Below, piece by piece: positions 48,001-59,524 of a DNA stretch of 64,000 bases. Every line of letters starts with the position of its first letter. The stretch's first letter is position 1. The notes under the pieces are model-generated. The model saw only the letters and a program-made list of their open reading frames with translations. It was not told the DNA's origin and did not search any database. The position numbers were made by a program, and so were the translations under genes. Origin of the DNA: Massalongia carnosa (lineage: Eukaryota); the NCBI GenBank assembly GCA_965645245.1, contig OZ287079.1, positions 496,001-560,000 of the forward strand, in the 5' to 3' direction.

Positions 48001-48712
48001 ATCAATCGAGGCACCCCGAGGCGTACAGATAGAAGGCTTGGGAGGGTCCACACGGACATTTGGGGCCCATATCGAGTTAGCAGCATCGAAGGACACGTAT
48101 ACTTTGTGTCCTTTATTGATGACCTTACTAGGAAGTCCTGGCTTATTTGTTTGAAGTCTCGAAAGGAGATTTACCAGAAAATCAGTGAATGGCAGACGGC
48201 AATTGGCCTCCAATCAGGTGAAAAGGTAGCCATATACCGATGCGACAACGCAAGAGAATATCAGAAGTTTGAGAAATAGATCCACGCCGAGGGCATTCGG
48301 ATGGAATATGCTACGGCCTACACGCCCGAAGAAAACGGGGTGGCCGAACGCTTCAATAGAACTATTATTCAGATGACCAGAGCAATGCTGGTGTCAGGCG
48401 ATTAGGGGTCACATGACCCGCCATGGGTCACATGACCCACGAACCCCTATGAGATATCCCTCAGTTAGCTAGCCTAGACCTCCCATAGATCAATACACAC
48501 CACTCCTTTTCACCCATATTCCACATTAGCCCATACAGCTTGATAGCTGGTCTGGTCTGAATTGCCTCAAAAATTTTGGTCCGAGGCGGCCAAAACAGCC
48601 AATTATTTACGCCAGCCGGCCACGATGACCTCTCACCTTACGAGTTGTGGGAGGGCAGCAAACCTAGCGTCAGCCATATTCGAACTTTTGGGTGTGTGGT
48701 CCATGTGCACAT
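48001..48712 (+). mobile_element. Ty1/copia integrase fragment
   Basis: RVHTDIWGP..YFVSFIDDLTR..RCDNAREY..YTPEENGVAERFNRT..LPQKFWSEA..PYELWEGSKPSVSHIRTFGC. Confidence 0.9.
48392..48545. mobile_element. Short solo LTR in copia integrase
   Basis: TGTCA...TGATA; TSD gctgg at 48387-48391 and 48546-48550. Confidence 0.8.
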
Positions 48713-49040
48713 GAGGCATGATGTCGGTGGACAGGTAAGAATCTTGGAGGAACGAACCGAGAAAATTATGAAATTTCCAACTCCAAAGGACCAGACGGGA
48801 GTCCGGCCCTCTATTGGAACTATAGGCATCACACATCGCTGGGTGCCTAACTACTCAGAACTTAGCAGACCATTGACTCGATTGACCGGAAAAGTGGAAT
48901 GGAGATGGGGAGACTCGGAGCAACTGGCTTTCGAAATCCTAAAGATCCAATATTGCCTGCGCACTTTTACACGGACGCCTCAATGAACGGAGGGGGCTTG
49001 GTCATCACTCAGTTCTGAGAGGAAGGTGGAAAGTCCATAG

Positions 49041-49466
49041 CGTTGCGAATTTCCTAAGTTGCCGCATTTTCTTGAGTTCCCGCATAACTATTTTTAGCTA
49101 AGCCCAATTGGGTAATCGCAAAATATTTAACGAGTTCGATTTCAAATCACTCTTTTACGGCACGATAAACCGCGAGAAGATGAATAAGCTATAGTAGCTA
49201 TTTTGACATACATGGCGACAATGGCCTCATCAGATTATCAATCCTTTCGGCTTCGTACATTCGAAAGTTGCGAAGTTCGGTCAGCAAAGCCAAATAGGGG
49301 TAATATTCTTTAGGTATAATAAGGCGTTGATTTCTCATGTATTTTATCTATTCAGTCGTTATCAGGTAGCTATTCGGTATAATAAATATTCAGCTATTCA
49401 GCACTTATTCTTGTACCTTTATCGTCCCAGACAACCTGCCTCCCATTATCCAGGCGCGTTTCAACA
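49041..49466. mobile_element. Solo LTR ((T>C)GTTG...CAACA)
   Basis: Imperfect TSD catag/tatag; removal restores gypsy frame KSI|EVPILY. Confidence 0.72.
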
Positions 49467-49487
49467 TATAGAAGTCCCCATCCTATA

Positions 49488-51352
49488 CAGAGGCGAATCT
49501 CAAAAGTAATGATAATACGCTAAAAGCTAGTGCCGTAATTTAAATTTTCCGTACCGAGCAAATTTTCCCCTTTTCTTTCCCCTTTTCTCATCCCAAATCA
49601 TTTACGAACCAACATTTGATCAAATCATCATCATGGTCAATAATCAGCTGATATTTCTTTGCGGGCTCAGGTCTTGACGTTGTCTTATTGCACCCCGGCC
49701 TCAATTGAATTTATTGCAGCTACTACAGGTTATTCTGTCCCCAACATTTATCGTATTCGTCGCATTGCCAGGGATCGAGGATTTGATCCCGCCATTTCTT
49801 TGCAGGTGCTTGATAAATACGCCCGTCATGAAGAAAAATCTGGTCGACCGAGAAAGGCTACTACTGAGAAAGAAGATGAAGTCATTGATCTAGTCATAAA
49901 AGACAGATACACCCGTGAAAAAACCAGTGCCCAGTTGGCAAGAGAAGTTGGACTGTCCAGATGCACCGTGTGGAGAATCCTGAAACAAAGAGGCTATAAA
50001 AAAGTCAAACCGTCGTATAGACCAGGGCTTACTCCTGAAATGAAAGCGGCTAGACTGGCTTTTTGTCTCCTGTATAAAGACTGGACCGTGGAGGATTGGA
50101 AGCGGGTTATTTGGTCAGATGAAACAGCAATAGTGCTTGGTCACCGTCGCGGAGCTGTCAAAATTTGGCGTACAACCAAGGAAGGAAGAAGACCAGTCAA
50201 ATCCACCGTACGTGCTAGGTGGCATGGGGCTCATGAATTCATGTTTTGGGGATGCTTTTCCTACGATTGGAAAGGGCCATGTCATTGCTGGAAAGCGGAG
50301 ACAAAAGCGGAAAAAGCGGAAGCCAAAACCAAGCTTGACGAGATGAATGCTGCATTGGAAGCCAGTGAGAGATTAAATTGGGAGCTGACCAATGGAATGA
50401 GACGTCTTTCAACTCGCAATTTACCAGGAAAAAAGCCGCAATGGAAATGGGATGAGGAACATGGAAAGATGATCAGAAAAGAAGGTAAAGGAGGCATTGA
50501 TTGGTGGCGGTATCAAAACGTCATACTTCTGCCAAAACTGATTCCTTTTGCTCAGCAATGCAATGCAAAAAGAAGAGAAGCCGGATTGTCTGAAATGATC
50601 GTACAGGAAGATAAGGCTCCGTCTCATGCTTCCAAGCATCAGATTCCCATCTTCTCTCGTCATGGCATCGAGCGTCTTTTATGGCCCGGAAATTCTCCTG
50701 ATCTCAACATGATTGAACCCTGCTGGCCCTGGATGAAGCGACGTACAACTGCCAAAGGTCCTCCTAGTTCTCGGTTAATTGCTGAATCTATGTGGCATCG
50801 CACTTGGGACGATCTACCTCAGGAGAATATTCAGCCATGGATTGAAAGAATTCCACGTCACATTGCAAAAGTCATTGAATTGGAAGGTGGAAATGAGTAT
50901 TGCGAAGGACGTTTGGACGTTGATGGACGGACCAAAGAAGGAAAAATGCGACTTCAACAGCTGAGGGAAGAATTGCTCAGTAATACAGCAAAACCAGCTT
51001 CTTCTTCTTCTTCTTCTTCTTCTGTGGCGTCAACGAGACCATCATCCAGACAATCAAATGATGATACACCCAGCCCGTTGAATGTCAGGGCAGTTACCCC
51101 TGAGCCCCTACACAGAAGCCATTGACACCCCCCTTATTGAGAAAAAGAGCCGTTTTATCTCCGAAAAATCACCTTCCCCCACGCATTCAAAAGGTGGTTC
51201 GTACTGCAGCCAGTTTCAGACCAAAAAGACGTTGATTAGATGGTTGGTAATGGCATTTGTAGATAGTGGTAGAATTTCAGGCTCGGTATGGAAAATCTAA
51301 ATTACGGCGCTAGTCTTTAGCGTATTATCATTACTTTTGAGATTCGCCTCCG
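49488..51352 (+). mobile_element. Tc1/mariner element with about 72-bp TIRs
   Basis: cagaggcgaatctcaaaagtaatgataatacgcta / tagcgtattatcattacttttgagattcgcctccg; TA TSD. Confidence 0.95.
49659..51125 (+). CDS. Tc1 DD34E transposase with long insert between D1 and D2 (start codon region probably frameshifted)
   Basis: WSDE..FWGCF..[insert]..GGIDWWRY..QEDKAPSH..WPGNSPDLNMIE; nearest upstream ATG (49633) is out of frame. Confidence 0.88.
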   Translation: MRAQVLTLSYCTPASIEFIAATTGYSVPNIYRIRRIARDRGFDPAISLQVLDKYARHEEKSGRPRKATTEKEDEVIDLVIKDRYTREKTSAQLAREVGLSRCTVWRILKQRGYKKVKPSYRPGLTPEMKAARLAFCLLYKDWTVEDWKRVIWSDETAIVLGHRRGAVKIWRTTKEGRRPVKSTVRARWHGAHEFMFWGCFSYDWKGPCHCWKAETKAEKAEAKTKLDEMNAALEASERLNWELTNGMRRLSTRNLPGKKPQWKWDEEHGKMIRKEGKGGIDWWRYQNVILLPKLIPFAQQCNAKRREAGLSEMIVQEDKAPSHASKHQIPIFSRHGIERLLWPGNSPDLNMIEPCWPWMKRRTTAKGPPSSRLIAESMWHRTWDDLPQENIQPWIERIPRHIAKVIELEGGNEYCEGRLDVDGRTKEGKMRLQQLREELLSNTAKPASSSSSSSSVASTRPSSRQSNDDTPSPLNVRAVTPEPLHRSH

Positions 51353-52377
51353 TACGATTTGATTACATTCAGTGCCACGGAGAAGAGGTACCCCATCTAT
51401 AAAAAGGAGCTATGTGCATTGGTGAAGTTTGTCACGAAACATGATTACTTCTGCAAACATCCAACCAACATGGGATTCACACGGACCACAAGCCACTCGT
51501 TCATTTTCTGAAGTCTGATATCCACGAAGGTATCTATGGACATTGGGCCGACAAACTTAGAAGGCTGAATATTGAAATCAAATACATCCCGGGTAAGCGA
51601 AACAAGGTAGCTGATGGATTATCCAGGACACTCTTCCTTGAGGAGGATTGTTCTTCAGACCAAGCCGTGCAGGAAGCCATCAGCCGATTGTCTGCTGATG
51701 GACCACAATGGATATGGAAAGATGGAAAAACGGGATATGAAGAGTTCCTAAAATCTATTAGTCCCCAGGAACGCATGGAGGTCATAGACCACGGGTCCCT
51801 TGCGGGAGAAAATGTTTTTATTTCTACACTAACCTCAGAGGTCAGTGCCATGCCTGGATCAACCAGGCCTGACTCAACACTCCTATGGACAGACGCCTAC
51901 TTATCCTCTGACTGGTTCGGGCGCGTGTATCGTATCTTAACAGACAAACAACCCCAACTGAATTCGGGGGACTTTTCACAGTCCATGGACTATCGAGTGG
52001 ACCCACAGACCGGTATACTCTGGAAGTACCACAAGGGTACTTACCTTCCTTGCATTCCTGAGACAAAAGTTTTGCAAGTACTAAGAGTCGCACACAATGA
52101 GGGTGGCCATTGGGCCAAACAAGGGACGCTGGCAAAGATCCGAGGGTTCGTGTATTGGCCATCCCAATCCACCGATGTGGAAAGGTAGATCAGGGGGTGC
52201 TTGGAATGTGCAAAGCATGGACCAGCCACAAATTCCCAACTACTTCATCCAGTCCGTGTTCAGAGGCCATTTCAGCTGATAGGATTTGACTTCATCGGAC
52301 CACTACCTACATCCAAGAAAGGATACCTACACATATTCCACGTTCTGGAGTACTTCTCCCGTTTCTCCATCACTATT

Positions 52378-52609
52378 TGTCAACCTTTCTGACCAATCAC
52401 ATGGATTCAGGAAGGATGAAAAGACTGTATTCTGTATGTGGGAAATGCCCACATCTAGCTACCTATATAGAAGGGAAAAGGGGTCAACGATATCAACCCC
52501 GGCAAATTGAGGGGTAAAGGTGGGAAAGAAATGGCGTAGTCTTAGCGGCATCTGCCGCGACAGGGGGTCGAGGATCGGCGATGAGAATCGACCGCATTCA
52601 GGTTTGACA
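52378..52609. mobile_element. Solo LTR in gypsy integrase
   Basis: TGTCAA...TTGACA; TSD ctatt at 52373-52377 and 52610-52614. Confidence 0.9.
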
Positions 52610-52697
52610 CTATTCCAAGTAAGACGGCAAATGCATCTGATGTGCTACCTGCCTTAGAGCAAATGTTCGTGTTATACGCCAGACCTCAGGCCATATA

Positions 52698-53982
52698 CAC
52701 CTACGCCGGGGGGTTATTTGTTAGGGAGGTACAAAGCAGGGGGGGGGAGACAGGGGGGAAGACAGGGATTATTTTAGATCGGGCGCAATAAAGTTGACCA
52801 ATCAAACTTCTTTAAAATTTGGTATGCTTTCCTTCGGCATCAATAACTGCCTGACATCGCTCCATCATGGACTCGATCAGCTCATTTAACTGATCAGCAC
52901 CGACCGCATCCCATGCCTCCCTCACTGCCTGACGTAGTTGATCGTAGGACAGTTTGTCTTCATTTCCATAGTGCATCTGAATCCAATTTTTCATGATTTC
53001 CCATACAGTTTCTATAGGGTTCAAGTCAGGCGAGAATGGGGGCCATAGAATAGTCGAAATATCGCGTTCTTGAAGTTCCTGAATAGTAAAATTTGCTGCA
53101 TGGCCAGGCGCGTTGTCTTGCATGAATTGTAGCTCCGGATGCATACGTATCCAACCATGTACAAGAGGCACTATACGCTCGCAGTATGATTCCTTATTGA
53201 TAGTCCCCCAATCCTTCTCCCAAAAGAGACATGGCCCTTTTTGTATGCCCGCAAAGCAGCCCCAAAACATCCATCCGCCTTGTCGTCTCAAACGAGGAAC
53301 AATACAGGTAGGGTCCAACTCTTCATGAGCTCGTCTGGTTACCCATACGCGTTGATGACGCGTGCCGTTGACCCAAGTCTCGTCGCTCCACAGTATAAAA
53401 TTCCATTGCTCTTTCGTCCAGTTTAAATGCTCCAATGACCATTCCAATCGTCGCAGGCGATTTACTTCGGAAATCGGAGGTTTGCTACGAGCAATGCGTC
53501 TCGAAAATCCTTCTTTTTTCAATGCTTTTCGTATAACATCTTCAGAGACATTCCAACCAAGCTTCCAAGCTAGTTGAGCGTAAGAAAGTCGCCTGTTTTC
53601 TGCAGAAGCGCATACGAAATTGATTAACATTTGACGAGCATCGTCACTAATAATGCTGCGTGGGCCGCAATTTTTTTTCTGCGGAGTAGGGCGACCGGCG
53701 GTGCAGGAGTATTGGACTTGACGAATGGTAATGCCCAAATGTTTAGCAATTTGCTCGTATGACCATCCAATTTCTCTTAATGTGGTGACCTGAATACGCT
53801 GGTCTCGCGTTAAATCAGACTGCTTTTTGGGCGTTGAGGGGGGGGGCACTGTTGCTTCCATTCTGAATGATCGAAATGAATTTTCTTTTTGGGATGAGAT
53901 GCCTAAGAAGTAAACCTCAAAAGGTTAGCGGATTTTTACCCCTGCATGTACACCACTAACAAATAACCCCCCGGAAAAGGTG
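52698..53982 (-). mobile_element. Tc1/mariner element, full length
   Basis: TIRs cacctacgccggggggttatttgttag / ctaacaaataaccccccggaaaaggtg; TA TSD within the gypsy AIY codon. Confidence 0.94.
52812..53861 (-). CDS. Tc1 transposase, intact DD34E, 349 aa
   Basis: HTH GWSYEQIAKHLGITIRQV; WSDE; FMQDNAPGH; WPPFSPDLNPIE. Confidence 0.95.
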   Translation of the reverse strand: MEATVPPPSTPKKQSDLTRDQRIQVTTLREIGWSYEQIAKHLGITIRQVQYSCTAGRPTPQKKNCGPRSIISDDARQMLINFVCASAENRRLSYAQLAWKLGWNVSEDVIRKALKKEGFSRRIARSKPPISEVNRLRRLEWSLEHLNWTKEQWNFILWSDETWVNGTRHQRVWVTRRAHEELDPTCIVPRLRRQGGWMFWGCFAGIQKGPCLFWEKDWGTINKESYCERIVPLVHGWIRMHPELQFMQDNAPGHAANFTIQELQERDISTILWPPFSPDLNPIETVWEIMKNWIQMHYGNEDKLSYDQLRQAVREAWDAVGADQLNELIESMMERCQAVIDAEGKHTKF

Positions 53983-54088
53983 TATTGCGACCGAGGACAA
54001 CACTTCGAAAACTCCGAGGTAATGAACTTCCTTTCAGAAACGGGCATAGCTTACTCGTACAGTCCATCTGGAGCTTCCCAAAGTACCA

Positions 54089-54812
54089 GGATGAAATTGA
54101 GCATGGCTTGAATCCTAAGCCGGAAATTAATCCCGCTACAGTGTTACCATCGGAATATCACGAATTTCTTGATGTATTTTCCAAGAAAGAAGCCGATAAA
54201 CTTCCCGAGCGACGTAGCTATGATCATAAAATTCCGTTGATGGAGGGAAAGGAACCGACGTATAGCCCGTTATATGGCATGAGTCGAGATGAGCTGTTAG
54301 TTCTACAGAAGTATCTCACGGAAACCTGAAGAAATGTTTTATTCGATCCAGTTCTTCCCTGCTGCGTCCCCGGTGTTGTTCGTTAGAAAACCAGGCGGAG
54401 GCCCACGTATTTGTGTTGATTATAGAGCATTAAATGCGATAACGATCAAGAACAGATACCCCTACCGTTGATCAGAGAAACCTTGGACCGCTTGAGTAAG
54501 GCAGTTGTCTTTACTAAGCTAGATATTATCGCGGCTTTCAACCGTCTCCGTGTAGCACATGGAGTGGAAAACTGCATTTCGAACACGCTATGGATTATTT
54601 GAGTATATCGTCATGCCATTTGGGCTCTGGGGCTCCATCTTCGTTTCAGGAGTACATCAATGATGTGCTTCGTGAATATTTAGACATCTTCTGCACCGCG
54701 TACATCGATGATATATTGATTTATAGCAATTCTATGAAGGAACACAGGAATCATGTGAAAAAAGTTCTAAAAAGACCATAAAGAAAGCCGGACTACAACT
54801 TGACATCATGAG
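54089..54812 (+). mobile_element. Second Ty3/gypsy RT fragment (chromovirus-like)
   Basis: [62 protein letters not shown]; frameshifted. Confidence 0.88.
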
Positions 54813-54866
54813 GATATCACATTATAACCACTGCGTGCACCACCACCCCGCACCTGTCTCCGCACA

Positions 54867-56417
54867 ATGGACTCTCCAACCGATTCTTCCATAGATGATA
54901 TTGCTGCACGCGCTACGGTCAAAACCTACTGGCGATATCAGGTACGTGATGGCTCGTGATGGCTCCCCAACCAAGACGCAACTGGCCGCGCTAACGCCTC
55001 GCCTTCGGTGGACAGTATCATAACTATCCCAGACGTCGAGGCTGTCTCCGACTCCGAGAAAATCGCAATTCTCAAGAAAGCAGAGTACGGGCTTGGACAG
55101 ATTCAGGCAATTCCAAGGAGTCAGGCTAACGCTGCAATATATTCAGACAGCGGCTGATATCAGGTCCTCTCGACGCTTATGCTCTACGGTCGAGACTACA
55201 GTTCGTTCAGATACCTCATATATCTCCTCCTAATACTGATGCTGTGATAACCTAGGTCCATAACACCGCCTTCGGACGAGGAGGAAGATAATGAAGAGTC
55301 TCGCTTGCTCGAAGCCCAGGCGCGTAAAGACCTAGAAAGCGATGACTGTTCTGCCTGCTACTCACCCCACCTCGACATCCCCATGCGAAACCCGCCCGAG
55401 GAACATCGAACAATAATAGGGTACTGGCAATCATTCTCGTCGACAGGTGATGTGGTACTTTGCGCCGAGAGACCAGACTGGCGGAATTTCCGCGCGTCCC
55501 AGGTGCGAGTCCGGGGCCGCTATCGAAACGAACTATTCAGTACATATGTGGACGAGGTTCGCGAGCGTCGGCGAAGGCATGGACTGGGTGGCGACGTTCA
55601 TCTACTGTTGTACTCGCAGCAGCAGCGTCAGCAAGAGAACTGGGTAGAGTTTCAGAACTATCATCTCAAACGTCATGAGTGGTTGGAGAAGAAGCGAGAC
55701 GGGCTGAAGAAAGAATTAGATGACGCTCAGAAGAAAGCTGGTGATACGGACATGATAGGTTCTGAACACACAGCACAGAACGAAAAAGTCATTCAGCGAC
55801 GCCTGGAGTATGTTGAACGAACCCTGCGATGGCACGAGATTATCCTGAGGTGGATTTAACAGCAGCGACTTGCGATGGATCTACGGCCTCCGACACCCGT
55901 CGAAGAAGACAGTGATGATCAGAATGCCGTACTAAAAGCCGTACGGAGAGTCTCCACTCGTCACCGCCGGTCGAGGCGACAAGACATTTCTGCGGTCCTC
56001 GGTAAGGTCAGGGTCTTAAAACCTACGCCGAAGAGTCGGAAAATGCGGATTCAGACGTTCAAGCCTTCAAAATCCAAGCCTATCATCGTGGACTCGAACA
56101 TCACGACGTCGAGCAGCATTCAACAAGTGCCAAAGCGTCGAGAGACAAAGCCTCGACGTGCCCCAGAGACGTCACTTGGCCAACTTCGTCCACAGAGAGT
56201 GTCCAAGGCAAAACGATTCGCTGATGCCGACACGAAATCACGGCCAGAGACACAACGCCGCAGCGTCAGGCAGACTCCAGGCCAACTACGGCCTCAACGC
56301 CGGCCGGCCACACAGCGACTGCATCCTGCACCTGGGCCTGTTGAGACCCGAAGTGGCCAGAATATCAAAGCCGCCAGTAGGGTGGACCCCCGAATAAAAG
56401 ACAGCATCTACCTCTAA
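54867..56417 (+). pseudogene. Fungal hypothetical protein relic (coiled coil, basic C-terminus)
   Basis: Coding-like frames 55305-55859 and 55875-56417 in the same frame separated by a stop; ENWVEFQNYHL motif; apparent introns upstream. No family assigned. Confidence 0.5.
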
Positions 56418-57699
56418 CGTCTACGACACTTACGAATGATGACTGGGTGAATGAATGACTCACGCAAAAGAGGCAAGGAGACCGGGCCGGGCTACATCCA
56501 TGGAATGATATCACTGGTGGAACGAAAAGTGGCGGTGGCAAAGACGATCAACCCGTCAATGTCTGCATATTATTGCATATTTCGGGCTTGGCGTTTGGTA
56601 CATCTCAAAAATGCATGAATAAAGCAATTCTTATCTATTGTTTGACTGTGTATCTCTATGCCTATCCATATACGAGCTGACAGTGACGATAGCTACCATC
56701 AACAAACACTTAGTTACCGGACTCCCTGCTTCAGTCACTTCCGCTAGCATGCCGGCTGTTTGACCCGGGTAGGTGTTACAATTAATGCGTGCGCCTCATG
56801 AACATGGAGCATAGATTTACCATCGCGTTGTGATTGACACACCGAGGTATATGGATAAGGACTTGCGGGGGGCGGGGAGGAGAGGTGGTGTGATGTGAGG
56901 GAAATTGGACACTTTGTGAAACGATGGCTACTTGAGTATCTGCGTAGGGGAGTACTCCCTATGAGCCTCCAAAAACTGAGGGAAGCTAAAGGAGTACTCG
57001 CCGAGGGAGCACTCGCCCAGGGAGTTACTCCCCACAGGTTATCCAAAATTCGAGGAGTACTCCCTGTAGGTAGACCTACAAATAAGTGAGGGAAGTATCA
57101 GCCAGAGGCATCCTGCCTTGAGGAGCGAGATAGAGAAGACTCGCCTCGTGCGGATAAACAATGACTGCAGCTACTAGCTTCGAGGCGCCGGCAGTGCCAA
57201 ATTTTCAACTCAGTATGTAGAAGGGTCTATAATTAAGATCCGTCTCTGGTACGCGATGTAGTTTGAACTAGGCACGGCAAGGAGGAAGCTTAGGGTAGGT
57301 GAGAGGTAGGTGGGAAAAGGGATGAGGGCCCGTTTAGACCCAATGATTCAGGTCTCATTTCATGAATTTACTTACTTGTTGCGAATGCCAAGCCAGCTGG
57401 ATCATATCTGACGTAATACGCGAATGCCTTCGCGTATTTTACTGATATGGGAATAGCTACATCTGAGAATTTCTGGTATCTTCGATGCTTAGAAATTCAG
57501 GTCTATAGACATTCGAGGAGAATCTCGAATGTTCTGTGATCAATATATATATAGCATCACTCCTACGCATAGCCTAGAGATTAGTCGCAATAATCTGAAT
57601 TATTTCATTTATAGAAGTTCTGTACTATCCAAAGACTTCTGGCACTCTGCCACCTATTTTCTGTGCATTGGGTCCATCATTCTCTATCCATCCCTCCTA

Positions 57700-58700
57700 T
57701 TTTAAACATTACTGAATTGTTGCTGCCATTGGCTCGATACTTTTCTGTAATTCTGACAGCATCAGTAGAAGGCATGATTGAAAATAAGAGAGGTATCTAG
57801 GTAAAATTTGATAGATATCTACGAGTAAGCTTCCAAGATATAAGAGTAGGCTGGAATGAGAATATGTGCTAACAATCCCTCTCTGCGAATATAAGGACTT
57901 TGATGTGGATATGATTTCTATGACAGTTCGTCCTTGTTAAATGAACAGTTGACGGCATAATGTTGAAATTACTACGGAGGTGACTGCAGGGCTGAGCTAG
58001 AACTAATGGGGCTAAGCGAGTATTCCAACACTTCAAAAGTCGCTTCGTTGAAGGTTGCACGATGATTCCACCGCGAGATCATAGCCTACAGAGAAAGCAG
58101 AGTTGAAATACATTGTAATAGACAATATCATCCAACGGCTATCTCACTCTTCGACAACTCAATCTCAGAGCAAGCAGAATTCATCCGTCAATCAGATAGA
58201 TCAATTTCTGACATCGAAGGACATCCTTCGATGCTGTTAGTAGGTTTAGGGTATACAAAGTCTTCCGGATTGATGATCTTGTTTCAAACTGAGGACTTTA
58301 TAGATTCTCAAGCGGATATGTGCGTCACTGCTGCTCTATCACTTGAGGCCAGTTTCACCCGAAATTCTGCTCCAATCTGCCCAAGACCGTATGGTTCCCC
58401 CGTTTTCATGTACGTCCTCAACGGAGACATCTGTGGCGTACATGATACTTTGATTCGCTGTGAAGGCAGCTTATGGGATTATGATCCCTATGGGCTCGGT
58501 CTTTTTTATGTCAGCCAATGATTTTAGTCATGAAACATCTACTGACTAGTATAAAGTATGCAGCTCACTCTTGCTGGAGGGGTTCTGGACAAGATTGTGC
58601 GATGACTATGTATTCTGCTCTGTTGAGATTATGGGCGCAGGATGATGACTTTGTCTGGGGAACGAGATCGGAAAACATAGAAAGAGGCTTTCTTCGCCTT
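57700..58700 (+). pseudogene. Heavily decayed paralog of the HeLo-like/ankyrin gene
   Basis: SPVFMYVLNGDI..SLWDYDPYGLGLFYVS-intron-YAAHSCWRGSG parallels SPVFICVQEGRI..FLNDVDPYGLGLLYVS-intron-YATYFCCRSSG at 16850-17050. Confidence 0.55.
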
Positions 58701-59524
58701 ATATGCAAAGTCTATTTAAACCTCTCTCTCCTTCAGAAGCACTTCCATCTCTCGCCAGGTTGTTAAATTCTTTAATCTCGTTTCTGCTGCCTTTCATCTT
58801 AACATGTGTGATTATACCGAGGTCATATATCAATTTAAACACCCTTGTTATTTAGTTACAGCCTGGAGTGTTATTTATTAGCAAACATAGAAGAGATGTC
58901 TTCTAAGAGTGATTGAGAAGTGAGTTAATGTGTGCCTATATTTTCGAGATCAAAACATTACTGACCTTTTTGTGGGCATAGAAACAAGCCTGAAATGAAG
59001 TGCAGTGGTCCATCTCTCATCTACATCACTGTGAGGAATACTTATAAGATTTTATAATCAAAGACTGTCTGCCATCTAAAAGCTACATATCAAAATTCTC
59101 TTCTCAAAAGCATATCGAGTCTAAGTTAGCTAGTTCGCACGTCTAGAACGCACTTGCGCGAAAGTAGACCTCATAAATTGCAGCTTCTCTCTTCATATTA
59201 TTTGTTTCAGCTTCTATATTGCTGGATTTTTCCCGCCGCCCCACCCGTCCCCGGTCGCTCTTGCGCACCACCTCACCACGTCGAGCGTTTCATGCCTCAA
59301 GCATCATCACTCAGCTGGTTCTCATAGTCCTTGTCCGACACCAGGTATTTATTTCATCGTGCCCCCCGACCTCCAGAATCGGCTGTTCTGCTCAGCTTCC
59401 CCTCCGTTCCCGTCGTCTCTGACGACCCTTCTCTTCGTGTCCCTCTACCCTTCATCTTCGCCTTTCCAACCCTCTTATTCTCCCACTTTCATTTTCGCCG
59501 TCCCTCCTTCACGTCGTTCACCTA

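Larger units (their letters stand above)
48713..54088 (+). mobile_element. Ty3/gypsy pol relic (RT end, RNase H, integrase) with four nested insertions
   Basis: FPTPKDQ..PLTRLTGK..WGDSEQLAF; FYTDAS; HTDHKPL..IKYIPGKRNKVADGLSR; H..GH..WP..CLEC; FDFIGPLP; AIY|CDRGQHF rejoined across insertions. Confidence 0.88.
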
